DNA of 64,000 nucleotides from positions 17,484,001 to 17,548,000 of the forward strand of contig OZ024741.1 of the NCBI GenBank assembly GCA_964016885.1, read 5' to 3'. The translations under genes and the position numbers were made by a program. This stretch comes from Eledone cirrhosa. Taxonomy: Eukaryota. Positions within the stretch are counted from its first letter, which is position 1. Each line of letters opens with the position of its first letter. The notes beneath the pieces were generated by a model that did not search any database, was not told the DNA's origin, and saw only the letters and a program-made list of their open reading frames with translations. Below, piece after piece: positions 15,001 to 30,315 of the stretch.

Positions 15001-18000
15001 ACCCTAACATGGCATCAGACCCTTTACCGATACAACCAATCCAACACCCTAACATGGCGTCAGACCCTCCACCGATACTGCCAATCCACCACCCTAGCAT
15101 GGCGTCCAACCCTTTACCGATTCTGCCAATCCACCACCCTAACATGGCGTCCTACCGTCCACCGATACAACCAATCCACCACCCTAGCATGGCGTCCAAC
15201 CCTCTACCGATTCTGCCAATCCACCACCATAACATGGCGTCCTACACTCCTCCGATACAACCAATGCACCACCCTAGCATGGCGTCCAACCCTCTACCGA
15301 TTCTGCCAATCCACCACCCTAACATGGCGTCCTACCCTCCACCGATACAACCAATCCACCACCCTAGCATGGCGTCCAACCCTCTACCGATTCTGCCAAT
15401 CCACCACCATAACATGGCGTCCTACACTCCTCCGATACAACCAATCCACCACCCTAGCATGGTGTCAGACCCTCCACCGATACTACCAATCCACCACCCT
15501 AACATGGCGTCAGACCCTCCACCGATACTACCAATCCACCACCCTAGCATTGCGTCTGACCCTCCACCGATACTGCCAATCCACCACCCTAACATGGCGT
15601 CTGACCCTCCACCGATACTGCCAATCCACCACCCTAACATGGCGTCAGATCCTCTACCGATACTGTCAATCCACCACCCTAGCATTGCGTCAGACCCTCC
15701 ACCGATACTACCAATCCACCACCCTAACATGGCGTCTGACCCTCCACCGATACTGCCAATCTACCACCCTAACATGGCGTCAGACCCTCTACCGATACTG
15801 CCAATCCACCACCCTAGCATGGCGTCCGACCCTCTACCGATACTGCCAATCCACCACCCTAGCATGGCGTCCGACCCTCTACCGATACTACCAATCCACC
15901 ACCCTAACATGGCGTCAGACCCTCCACCGATACTACCAATCCACCACCCTAGCATGGCGTTTGACCCTCCACCGATACTGTCAATCCACCACCCTAGCAT
16001 GGCGTCCGACCTTCTACCGATACTGCCAATCCACCACCCTAACATGGCGTCAGACCCTCCACCGATACTACCAATCCACCACCCTAGCATGGCGTTTGAC
16101 CCTCCACCGATACTGCCAATCCACCAGCCTAACATGGCATCAGACCCTCTACCGATACTGTCAATCCACCACCCTAGCATGGCGTCTGACCCTCCACCGA
16201 TACTGCCAATCCACCACCCTAGCATGGCGTCAGACCCTCCACCGATACTGCCAATCCACCACCCTAGCATGGCGTCCAACCCTCTACCGATACTGCCAAT
16301 CCACCACCCTAACATGGCATCAGACCCTTTACCGATACAACCAATCCAACACCCTAACATGGCGTCAGACCCTCCACCGATACTGCCAATCCACCACCCT
16401 AGCATGGCGTCCAACCCTTTACCGATTCTGCCAATCCACCACCCTAACATGGCGTCCTACCCTCCACCGATACAACCAATCCACCACCCTAGCATGGCGT
16501 CCAACCCTCTACCGATTCTGCCAATCCACCACCATAACATGGCGTCCTACACTCCTCCGATACAACCAATCCACCACCCTAGCATGGCGTCCAACCCTCT
16601 ACCGATTCTGCCAATCCACCACCCTAACATGGCGTCCTACACTCCACCGATACTACCAATCCACCACCCTAGCATGGCGTCAGACCCTCTACCGATACTG
16701 CCAATCTACCACCCTAACATGGCATCAGACCCTCCACCGATACTACCAATCCACCACCCTAGCATGGCGTCAGACCCTCTACCGATACTGCCAATCCACC
16801 ACCCTAACATGGTGTCCGACCCTCTACCGATACTACCAATCCACCACCCTAACATGGTGTCCGACCCTCTACCGATACTGCCAATCTACCACCCTAACAT
16901 GGCATCAGACCCTCCACCGATACTACCAATCCACCACCCTAGCATGGTGTCCGACCTTCTACCGATACTGCGAATCCACCACCCTAACATGGCGTCAGAC
17001 CCTCTACCGATACTGCCAATCAACCACCCTAACATGGTGTCCGACCCTCTACCGATACTACCAATCCACCACCCTAGCATGGCGTCCAACCCTCTACCGA
17101 TACTACCAATCCACCACCATAACATGGCGTCCGACCCTCTACCGATACTGCCAATCCACCACCCTAACATGGCGTCCGACCCTCTACCGATACTGCCAAT
17201 CCACCACCCTAGCATTGCGTCTGACCCTCCACCGATACTGCCAATCCACCACCCTAGCATGGCGTCCGACCCTCTACCGATACTGCCAATCCACCACCCT
17301 AACATGGTGTCCGACCCTCTACCGATACTACCAATCCACCACCCTAACATGGTGTCCGACCCTCTACCGATACTGCCAATCTACCACCCTAACATGGCAT
17401 CAGACCCTCCACCGATACTACCAATCCACCACCCTAGCATGGTGTCCGACCTTCTACCGATACTGCGAATCCACCACCCTAACATGGCGTCAGACCCTCT
17501 ACCGATACTGCCAATCAACCACCCTAACATGGTGTCCGACCCTCTACCGATACTACCAATCCACCACCCTAGCATGGCGTCCAACCCTCTACCGATACTA
17601 CCAATCCACCACCATAACATGGCGTCCGACCCTCTACCGATACTGCCAATCCACCACCCTAACATGGCGTCCGACCCTCTACCGATACTGCCAATCCACC
17701 ACCCTAGCATTGCGTCTGACCCTCCACCGATACTGCCAATCCACCACCCTAGCATGGCGTCCGACCCTCTACCGATACTGCCAATCCACCACCCTAACAT
17801 GGTGTCCGACCCTCTACCGATACTACAAATCCACCACGCTAACATGGCGTCCGACCCTCTACCGATACTACCAATCCACCACCCTAATATGGCGTCAGAC
17901 CCTCCACCGATACTGCCAATCCACCACCCTAACATGGCGTCAGACCCTCTACCGATACTACCAATCCACCACCCTAGCATGGCATCAGACCCTCCACCGA

Positions 18001-21000
18001 TACTGCCAATCCACCACCCTAACATGGCGTCCAACCCTCTACCTACACTGCCAATCCACCACCCTAACATGGCGTCAGACCCTCTACCGATACTGCCAAT
18101 CTACCACCCTAACATGGCATCAGACCCTCCACCGATACTACCAATCCACCACCCTAGCATGGCGTCCGACCTTCTACCGATACTGACAATCTACCACCCT
18201 AACATGGCATCAGACCCTCCACCGATACTACCAATCCACCACCCTAGCATGGCGTCCGACCTTCTACCGATACTGCCAATCCACCACCCTAACATGGCGT
18301 CAGACCCTCTACCGATACTGCCAATCCACCACCCTAACATGGCATCAGACCCTCTACCGATACTGCCAATCCACCAACCTCACATGGCATCAGACCCTCC
18401 ACCGATACTGCCAATCCACCACCCTAACATGGCACCAGACCCTCTACCGATACTGCCAATCCACCACCCTAACATGGCATCAGACCCTCCACCGATACTG
18501 CCAATCCACCACCCTAACATGGCATCAGACCCTCTACCGATACTGCCAATCCACCAACCTAACATGGTATCAGACCCTCCACCGATACTGCCAATCCACC
18601 ACCCTAACATGGCGTCCGACCCTCTACCGATACTACCAATCCGACGCCCTAACATGGCGTCAGACCCTCTACCGATACTGCCAATCCACCACCCTAACAT
18701 GGCATCAGACCCTCTACCGATACTGCCAATCCACCAACCTAACATGGTATCAGACCCTCTACCGATACTGACAATCCACCATCCTAACATGGCGTCAGAC
18801 CCTCCACCGATACTGCCAATCCACCACCCTAACATGGCATCAGACCCTTTACCGATACAACCAATCCAACACCCTAACATGGCGTCAGACCCTCCACCGA
18901 TACTGCCAATCCACCACCCTAGCATGGCGTCCAACCCTTTACCGATTCTGCCAATCCACCACCCTAACATGGCGTCCTACCCTCCACCGATACAACCAAT
19001 CCACCACCCTAGCATGGCGTCCAACCCTCTACCGATTCTGCCAATCCACCACCCTAACATGGCATCAGACCCTCTACCGATACTACCAATCCACCACCCT
19101 AACATGGCATCAGACCTTCTACCGATACTACCAATCCACCACCCTAACATGGCGTCCTACCCTCCACCGATACAACCAATCCACCACCCTAGCATGGCGT
19201 CCAACCCTCTACCGATTCTGCCAATCCACCACCCTAACATGGCATCAGACCCTCTACCGATACTGCCAATCAACCACCCTAACATGGCGTCCGACCCTCT
19301 ACCGATACTACCAATCCACTACCCTAACATGGCGTCCAACCCTCTACCTACACTGCCAATCCAGCACCCTAACATGGCGCCAGACCCTCTACCGATACTA
19401 CCAATCCACCACCCTAACATGGCGTCCAACCCTCTACCTACACTGCCAATCCACCACGCTAACATGGCGTCAGACCCTCTACCGATACTGCCAATCTACC
19501 ACCCTAACATGGCATCAGACCCTCCACCGATACTACCAATCCACCACCCTAGCATGGCGTCCGACCTTCTACCGATACTGCCAATCCACCACCCTAACAT
19601 GGCGTCCAATCCTTTACCGATACTGCCAATCCACCACCCTAGCATGGCGTCCAACCCTCTACCGATACTGCCAATCCACCACCCTAACATGGCGTCAGAC
19701 CCTCCACCGATACTACCATTCCACCACCCTAACATGGCGTCAGACCCTCCACTGATACTACCAATCCACCACCCTAGCATGGCGTCCAACCCTCCACCGA
19801 TACTACCAATCCACCACCCTAACATGGCGTCAGACCCTCCACCGATACTGCCAATCCACCACCCTAGCATGGCGTCCAACCCTCTACCGATACTGCTAAT
19901 CCACCACCCTAACATGGCATCAGACCCTTTACCGATACAACCAGTCAACACCCTAACATGGCGTCAGACCCTCCACCGATACTGCCAATCCACCACCCTA
20001 GCATGGCGTCCAACCCTTTACCGATTCTGCCAATCCACCACCCTAACATGGCGTCCTACCCTCCACCGATACAACCAATCCACCACCCTAGCATGGCGTC
20101 CAACCCTCTACCGATTCTGCCAATCCACCACCATAACATGGCGTCCTACACTCCTCCGATACAACCAATCCACCACCCTAGCATGGCGTCCAACCCTCTA
20201 CCGATTCTGCCAATCCACCACCCTAACATGGCGTCCTACACTCCACCGATACTACCAATCCACCACCCTAGCATGGCGTCAGACCCTCTACCGATACTGC
20301 CAATCTACCACCCTAACATGGCATCAGACCCTCCACCGATACTACCAATCCACCACCCTAGCATGGCGTCAGACCCTCTACCGATACTGCCAATCCACCA
20401 CCCTAACATGGTGTCCGACCCTCTACCGATACTACCAATCCACCACCCTAACATGGTGTCCGACCCTCTACCGATACTGCCAATCTACCACCCTAACATG
20501 ACATCAGACCCTCCACCGATACTACCAATCCACCACCCTAGCATGGTGTCCGACCTTCTACCGATACTGCGAATCCACCACCCTAACATGGCGTCAGACC
20601 CTCTACCGATACTGCCAATCAACCACCCTAACATGGTGTCCGACCCTCTACCGATACTACCAATCCACCACCATAACATGGCGTCCGACCCTCTACCGAT
20701 ACTGCCAATCCACCACCCTAACATGGCGTCCGACCCTCTACCGATACTGCCAATCCACCACCCTAGCATTGCGTCTGACCCTCCACCGATACTGCCAATC
20801 CACCACCCTAGCATGGCGTCCGACCCTCTACCGATACTGTCAATCCACCACCCTAGCATTGCGTCAGACCCTCCACCGATACTGCCAATCCACCACCCTA
20901 AAATGGCGTCAGACCCTCTACCGATACTGTCAATCCACCACCCTAGCATTGCGTCAGACCCTCCACCGATACTGCCAATCCACCACCCTAGCATGGCGTC

Positions 21001-24000
21001 CGACCCTCTACCGATACTGTCAATCCACCACCCTAGCATTGCTTCAGACCCTCCACCGATACTGCCAATCCACCACCCTAGCATGGCATCTGACCCTCTA
21101 CTGATACTGCCAATCCACCACCCTAACATGGCGTCAGACCCTCTACCGATACTGCCAATCCACCACCCTAGCATGGCGTCCGACCCTCTACCGATACTGC
21201 CAATCCACCACCCTAACATGGCGTCAGACCCTCCACCGATACTGCCAATCCACCACCCTAAAATGGCGTCAGACCCTCTACCGATACTGCCAATCCACCA
21301 CCCTAGCATGGCGTCCGACCCTCTACCGATACTGCCAATCCACCACCCTAGCATGGCGTCCGACCCTCTACCGATACTGCCAATCTACCACCCTAACATG
21401 GCGTCAGACCCTCTACCGATACTGCCAATCCACCACCCTAGCATGGCGTCAGACCCTCTACCGATACTACCAATCCACCACCCTAACATGGCGTCAGACC
21501 CTCCACCGATACTACCAATCCACCACCCTAGCCTGGCGTCCGACTCTCTACCGATACTGCCAATCCACCACCCTAACATGGCGTCCGACCCTCCACCGAT
21601 ACTACCAATCCACCACCCTAGCCTGGCGTCAGACCCTCCACCGATACTACCAATCCACCACCCTAGCCTGGCGTCAGACCCTCTACCGATACTGCCAATC
21701 CACCACCCTAACATGGCGTCAGACCCTCCACCGATACTACCAATCTACCACCCTAGCATGGCGTTTGACCCTCCACCGATACTGCCAATCCACCACCCTA
21801 GCATGGCATCAGACCCTCTACCGATACTGCCAATCCACCACCCTAACATGGCATCAAACCTCTACCGATACTACCAATCCACCACGCTAACATGGCGTCA
21901 GACCCTCCACCGATACTGCTAATCCACCACCCTAACATGGCGTCAGACCCTCTACCGATACTGCCCATCCACCACCCTAACATGGCATCAGACCCTCTAC
22001 CGATACTGCCAATCCACCACCCTAACATGGCGTCAGACCCTCTACCGATACTACCAATCCACCACCCTAACATGGCGTCAGACCCTCCACCGATACTGCC
22101 AATCGACCACCCTAGCATGGCGTCAGACCCTCTACCGATACTGCCAATCCACCACCCTAACATGGCGTCAGACCCCCCACCGATACTACCAATCCACCAC
22201 CCTAACATGGCGTCAGACCCTCCACCGATACTACCAATCCACCACCCTAACATGGCGTCAGACCCTCCACCGATACTGCAAATCCACCAACCTAACATGG
22301 CATCAGACCCTCCACCGATACTGCCCATCCACCACCCTAACATGGCATCAGACCCTCTACCGATACTGCCAATCCACCACCCTAACATGGCATCAGACCC
22401 TCTACCGATACTGCCAATCCACCACGCTAACATGACGTCAGACCCTCTACCGATACTGCCAATCCACCACCCTAACATGGCATCAGACCCTCTACCGATA
22501 CTGCCAATCCACCACCCGAACATGGCGTCAGACCCTCTACCGATACTGCCAATCCACCACCCTAACATGGCGTCAGACCCTCTACCGATACTGCCAATCC
22601 ACCACCCTAACATGGAATCAGACCCTCTACCGATACTGACAATCCACCACCCGAACATGGCGTCAGACCCTCTACCGATACTGCCAATCCACCACCCTAA
22701 CATAGGATCAGACCCTCCACCGATACTGCCAATCCACCACTCTAACATGGCGTCAGACCCTCTACCGATACTGCCAATCCACCATCCTAACATGGCGTCA
22801 GACCCTCTAACGATACTGTCAATTCACCACCCTAGCATTGCGTCAGACCCTCCGCCGATACTGCCAATCCACCACCCTAACATGGCGTCAGACCCTCTAC
22901 CGATACTGCCAATCCACCACCCTAGCATGGCGTCCGACCCTCTACCGATACTGCCAATCTACCACCCTAACATGGCGTCAGACCCTCTACCGATACTGCC
23001 AATCCACCACCCTAGCATGGCGTCCGACCCTCTACCGATACTACCAATCCACCACCCTAACATGGCGTCAGACCCTCTACCGATACTGCCAATCCACCAC
23101 CCTAGCATGGCGTCCGACCCTCTACCGATACTGCCAATCCACCACCCTAACATGGCGTCAGAACCTCCACCGATACTACCAATCCACCACCCTAGCATGG
23201 CGTTTGACCCTCCACCGATACTGCCAATCCACCACCCTAGCATGGCATCAGACCCTCTACCGATACTGCCAATCCACCACCCTAACATGGCGTCAGACCC
23301 TCTACCGACACTGCCAATCCCCCGCCCTAACATGGCGTCAGACCCTCTACCGATACTGCCAATCCACCACCCTAACATGGCGTCAGACCCTCCACCGATA
23401 CTGCTAATCCACCACCCTAACATGGCGTCAGACCCTCCACCGATACTGCCAATCCACCACCCTAACATGGCGTCAGACCCTCTACCGATACTGCCCATCC
23501 ACCACCTAACATGGCATCAGACCCTCTACCGATACTGCCAATCCACCACCCTAACAAGGCGTCAGACCCTCTACCGATACTACCAATCCACCACCCTAGC
23601 ATGGCGTCCGACCTTCTACCGATACTGCCAATCCACCATCCTAACATGGCATTAGACCCTCTACCGATACTACCAATCCACCACCCTAGCATCGCGTCCA
23701 ACCCTCTACCGATACTGCCAATCAACCACCCTAACATGGCGTCCGACCCTCTACCGATACTACCAATCCACCACCCTAGCATCGCGTCCAACCCTCTACC
23801 GATACTACCAATCCACCACCCTAACATGGCGTCAGACCCTCCACCGATACTACCAATCCACCACCCTAGCATGGTGTCCGACCTTCTACCGATACTGCGA
23901 ATCCACCACCCTAACATGGCGTCAGACCCTCTACCGATACTGCCAATCAACCACCCTAACATGGTGTCCGACCCTCTACCGATACTACCAATCCACCACC

Positions 24001-27000
24001 CTAGCATGGCGTCCAACCCTCTACCGATACTACCAATCCACCACCATAACATGGCGTCAGACCCTCTACCGATACTGCCAATCCACCACCCTAACATGGC
24101 GTCCGACCCTCTATCGATACTGCCAATCCACCACCCTAGCATGGTGTCAGACCCTCCACCGATACTACCAATCCACCACCCTAACATGGCGTCAGACCCT
24201 CCACCGATACTACCAATCCACCACCCTAGCATTGCGTCTGACCCTCCACCGATACTGCCAATCCACCACCCTAACATGGCGTCTGACCCTCCACCGATAC
24301 TGCCAATCCACCACCCTAACATGGCGTCAGATCCTCTACCGATACTGTCAATCCACCACCCTAGCATTGCGTCAGACCCTCCACCGATACTGCCAATCCA
24401 CCACCCTAACATGGCGTCAGACCCTCTACCGATACTTCCAATCCACCACCCTAGCATGGCGTCCGACCCTCTACCGATACTGCCAATCCACCACCCTAGC
24501 ATGGCGTCCGACCCTCTACCGATACTACCAATCCACCACCCTAACATGGCGTCAGACCCTCCACCGATACTACCAATCCACCACCCTAGCATGGCGTTTG
24601 ACCCTCCACCGATACTGTCAATCCACCACCCTAGCATGGCGTCCGACCTTCTACCGATACTGCCAATCCACCACCCTAACATGGCGTCAGACCCTCCACC
24701 GATACTACCACTCCACCACCCTAGCATGGCGTTTGACACACCACCGATACTGCCAATCCACCAGCCTAACATGGCATCAGACCCTCTACCGATACTGCCA
24801 ATCCACCACCCTAACATGGTGTCAGACCCTCTACCGATTCTACCAATCCACCACCCTAACATGGCGTCAGACCCTCTACCGATACTACCAATCCACCACC
24901 CTAGCATGGCGTCTGACCCTCCACCGATACTGCCAATCCACCACCCTAACATGGCGTCAGACCCTCTACCGATACTACCAATCCACCACCCTAACATGGC
25001 GTCAGACCCTCTACCGGTACTACCAATCCACCACCCTAGCATGGCGTCAGACCCTCTACCGATACTGCCAATCCACCACCCTAACATGGCGTCTGACCCT
25101 CTACCGATACTACCAATCCACCACCCTAGCATGGCGTCCAACCCTCTACTGATACTGCCAATCAACCACCCTAACATGGCGTCCGACACTCTACCGATAC
25201 TACCAATCCACCACCCTAACATGGCGTCCAACCCTCTACCGATACTACCAATCCACCACCCTAGCATGGCGTCCAACCCTCTACCGATACTACCAATCCA
25301 CCACCCTAACATGGCGTCCGACCCTCTACCGATACTGCCAATCCACCACCCTAACAGGGCGTCAGACCCTCTACCGATACTGCCAATCCAGCACCCTAAC
25401 ATGGCGTCAGACCCTTTACCGATACTGCCAATCCACCACCCTAACATGGCGTTAGACCCTCCACCGATACTGCCAATCCACCACCCTAGCATGGTGTCAG
25501 ACCCTCTACCGATACTACCAATCCACTACCCTAACATGGCGTCAGACCCTCCACCGATACTGCCAATCCACCACCCTAGCATGGCGTCAGACCCTCTACC
25601 GATACTGCCAATCCACCACCCTAACATGGCGTCCGACCTCTACCTACACTGCCAATCCACCACCCTAGCATGGCGTCAGACCCTCTACCGATACTGCCAA
25701 TCCACCACCCTAGCATGGCGTCAGACCCTATACCGATACTGCCAATCCACCACCCTAGCATGGCGTCAGACCCTCTACCGATACTGCCAGTCCACCATCC
25801 TAGCATGGCGTCAGACCCTCTACCGATACTGCCAATCCACCACCCTAACATGGTGTCCGACCTCTACCTACACTGCCAATCCACCACCCTAGCATGGCGT
25901 CAGACCCTCTACCGTTACTGCCAATCCACCACCCTAGCATGGCGTCAGACCCTCTACCGATACTGCCAATCGACCAACCTAACATGGCGTCAGACCCTCT
26001 ACCGATACTGCCAATCCACCACCCTAGCATGGCATCAGACCCTCTACCGATACTGCCAATCCACCACCCTAGCATGGCGTCAGACCCTCTACCGATACTG
26101 CCAATCCACCACCCTAACATGGCGTCAGACCCTCTACCGATACTGCCAATCCACCACCCTAACATGGCGTCAGACCCTCTACCGATACTGCCAATCCACC
26201 CCCCTAACATGGCGTCAGACCCTCTACCGATACTGCCAATCCACCACCCTAACATGGCGTCAGACCCTCTACCGATACTGCCAATCCACCACCCTAACAT
26301 GGCGTCAGACCCTCTACCGATACTGCCAATCCACCACCCTAACATGGCGTCAGACCCTCTACCGATACTGCCAATCCACCACCCTAACATGGCGTCAGAC
26401 CCTCTACCGATACTGCCAATCCACCACCCTAACATGGCGTCAGACCCTCTACCGATACTGCCAATCCACCACCCTAACATGGCGTCAGACCCTCCACCGA
26501 TACTGCCAATCAACCACCCTAACATGGCGTCAGACCCTCTACCGATACTGCCAATCCACCACCCTAGCATGGCGTCAGACCCTCTATCGATACTGCCAAT
26601 CCACCACCCTAACATGGCGTCAGACCCTCTACCGATACTGCCAATCCACCACCCTAACATGGCGTCAGACCCTCTACCGATACTGCCAATCCACCACCCT
26701 AACATGGCGTCAGACCCTCCACCGATACTGCCAATCCACCACCCTAGCATGGCGTCAGACCCTCTACCGATACTGCCAATCCACCACCCTAGCATGGCGT
26801 CAGACCCTCTACCGATACTACCAATCCACCACCCTAACATGGCGTCAGACCCTCTACCGATACTGCCAATCCACCACCCTAACATGGCGTCAGACCCTCT
26901 ACCGATACTACCAATCCACCACCCTAGCATGGCGTCTGACCCTCCACCGATACTGCCAATCCACCACCCTAACATGGCGTCAGACCCTCTACCGATACTA

Positions 27001-30000
27001 CCAATCCACCACCCTAGCATGGCGTCTGACCCTCCACCGATACTGCCAATCCACCACCCTAGCATGGCGTCAGACCCTCTACCGATACTACCAATCCACC
27101 ACCCTAACATGGCGTCAGACCCTCTACCGATACTGCCAATCCACCACCCTAACATGGCGTCAGACCCTCTACCGATACTGCCAATCCACCACCCTAACAT
27201 GGCGTCAGACCCTCTACCGATACTACCAATCCACCACCCTAACATGGCGTCAGACCCTCTACCGATACTGCCAATCCACCACCCTAACATGGCGTCAGAC
27301 CCTCTACCGATACTGCCAATCCACCACCCTAGCATGGCGTCAGACCCTCTACCGATACTACCAATCCACCACCCTAACATGGCGTCAGACCCTCCACCGA
27401 TACTGCCAATCCACCACCCTAGCATGGCGTCAGACCCTCTACCGATACTACCAATCCACCACCCTAACATGGCGTCTGACCCTCCACCGATACTGCCAAT
27501 CCACCACCCTAACATGGCGTCAGACCCTCTACCTATACTACCAATCCACCACCCTAGCATGGCGTCTGACCCTCCACCGATACTGCCAATCCACCACCCT
27601 AGCATGGCGTCAGACCCTCTACCGATACTGTCAATCCACCACCCTAGCATGGCGTCAGACCCTCTACCGATACTGCCAATCCACCACCCTAGCATGGCGT
27701 CAGACCCTCTACCGATACTGCCAATCCACCACCCTAACATGGCGTCAGACCCTCTACCGATACAACCAATCCACCACCCTAGCATGGCGTCTGACCCTCC
27801 ACCGATACTGCCAATCCACCACCCTAGCATGGCGTCAGACCCTCTACCGATACTGCCAATCCACCACCCTAACATGGCCTCAGACCCTCCACCGATACTA
27901 CCAATCCGCCACCCTAGCATGGCGTCAGACCCTCTACCGATACTGCCAATCCACCACCCTAGCATGGCGTCAGACCCTCTACCGATACTGCCAATCCACC
28001 ACCCTAGCATGGCGTCAGACCCTCTACCAATACTGCCAATCCACCACCCTAACATGGCGTCAGACCCTCCACCGATACTGCCAATCCACCACCCTAGCAT
28101 GGCGTCTGACCCTCCACCGATACTGCCAATCCACCACCCTAGCATGGCGTCAGACCCTCTACCAATACTGCCAATCCACCACCCTAACATGGCGTCAGAC
28201 CCTCCACCGATACTACCAATCCGCCACCCTAGCATGGCGTCAGACCCTCTACCGATACTACCAATCCACCACCCTAACATGGCGTCTGACCCTCCACCGA
28301 TACTGCAAATCCACCACCTTAACATGGCGTCAGACCCTCTACCGATACTGCAAATCCACCACCCTAACATGGCGTCAGACCCTCCACCGATACTACCAAT
28401 CCGCCACCCTAGCATGGCGTCAGACCCTCTACCGATACTACCAATCCACCACCCTAACATGGCGTCTGACCCTCCACCGATACTGCCAATCCACCACCCT
28501 AACATGGCGTCAGACCCTCTACCGATACTGCAAATCCACCACCCTAACATCGCGTCGGACCCTCCACCGATACTGCCAATCCACCACCCTAGCATGGCGT
28601 CAGACCCTCTACCGATACTGCCAATCCACCACCCTAGCATGGCGTCAGACCCTCCACCGATACTGCCAATCCACCACCCTAGCATGGCGTCTGACCCTCC
28701 ACCGATACTGCCAATCCACCACCCTAGCATGGTGTCCGACCCTCTACCGATACTGCCAATCCACCACCCTAGCATAGCGTCAGACCCTCTACCGATACTG
28801 CCAATCCACCACCCTAACATGGCGTCAGACCCTCCACCGATACTGCCAATCCACCACCCTAGCATGGCGTCTGACCCTCCACCGATACTGCCAATCCACC
28901 ACCCTAGCATGGCGTCTGACCCTCCACCGATACTGCCAATCCACCACCCTAACATGGCATCAGACCCTCTACCAATACTGCCAATCCACCACCCTAGCAT
29001 GGCGTCAGACCCTCCACCGATACTGCCAATCCACCACCCTAGCATGGCGTCTGACCCTCCACCGATACTGCCAATCCACCACCCTAACATGGCATCAGAC
29101 CCTCTACCAATACTGCCAATCCACCACCCTAGCATGGCGTCAGACCCTCTACCGATACTGCCAATCCACCGCCCTAGCATGGTGTCAGACCCTCTACCGA
29201 TACTGCCAGTCCACCACCCTAGCATGGTGTCAGACCCTCTACCGATACTGCCAATCCACCACCCTAGCATGGTGTCAGACCCTCTACCGATACTGCCAAT
29301 CCACCGCCCTAGCATGGTGTCAGACCCTCTACCGATACTGCCAATCCACCACCCTAACATGGCATCAGACCCTCTACCAATACTGCCAATCCACCACCCT
29401 AGCATGGCGTCAGACCCTCCACCGATACTGCCAATCCACCACCCTAGCATGGCGTCTGACCCTCCACCGATACTGCCAATCCACCACCCTAACATGGCAT
29501 CAGACCCTCTACCAATACTGCCAATCCACCACCCTAGCATGGCGTCAGACCCTCTACCGATACTGCCAATCCACCGCCCTAGCATGGTGTCAGACCCTCT
29601 ACCGATACTGCCAGTCCACCACCCTAGCATGGTGTCAGACCCTCTACCGATACTGCCAATCCACCACCCTAGCATGGTGTCAGACCCTCTACCGATACTG
29701 CCAATCCACCGCCCTAGCATGGTGTCAGACCCTCTACCGATACTGCCAGTCCACCACCCTAACATGGCATCAGACCCTCTACCAATACTGCCAATCCACC
29801 ACCCTAGCATGGCGTCAGACCCTCTACCGATACTGCCAATCCACCACCCTAACATGGCGTCAGACCCTCTACCGATACTACCAATCCACCACCCTAACAT
29901 GGCGTCAGACCCTCTACCGATACTGCCAATCCACCACCCTAACATGGCGTCAGACCCTCCACCGATACTACCAATCCACCACCCTAACATGGCGTCAGAC

Positions 30001-30068
30001 CCTCCACCGATACTACCAATCCACCACCCTAACATGGCGTCAGACCCTCCACCGATACTGCCAATCCA
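1..30068 (-). repeat. 45-bp satellite array (~668 monomers, open at the left window edge); monomer = 5' head of the local tRNA-derived SINE
   Basis: + strand consensus CCACCACCCTA(A/G)CATGGCGTC(A/C)GACCCTC(T/C)ACCGATACT(G/A)CCAAT repeats without interruption to ...CCAATCCA at 30068. Its reverse complement matches the first ~44 nt of the SINE copies at 46520, 57682-57868 and 62145. Confidence 0.98.
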
Positions 30069-30188
30069 AGGTGATGATATCAGCAGCAATGGCGGCCGGG
30101 GAGAACAAATCCCTCAGTTGAACGTGTTGTCACGTTAATACATATTGTAAAATGTTGGATTGTGGTCAGTGTAGAAATATGAGCAACA

Positions 30189-30279
30189 ATACATACACAT
30201 ACATACATACATACATACATACATACATACATACATACATACATACATACATACATACATACATACATACATACATACA

Positions 30280-30315
<36 letters not shown>

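Noticed and set aside
1-30068. CRISPR-like or diversity-cassette array
   Set aside because: There are no unique spacers, only point variants of one monomer; the context is eukaryotic and no cas genes are present.
28-30138. Giant ORFs (up to 3442 aa) of MASDPLPILPIHHPN, WRQTLYRYCQSTTLT or MLGWWIGSIGRGSDA repeats
   Set aside because: A 45-bp unit is a multiple of 3 and stop-free in several frames on both strands. ORFs swap frames at 1-bp deletions, and the unit is SINE-head DNA, so there is no evidence of coding function.
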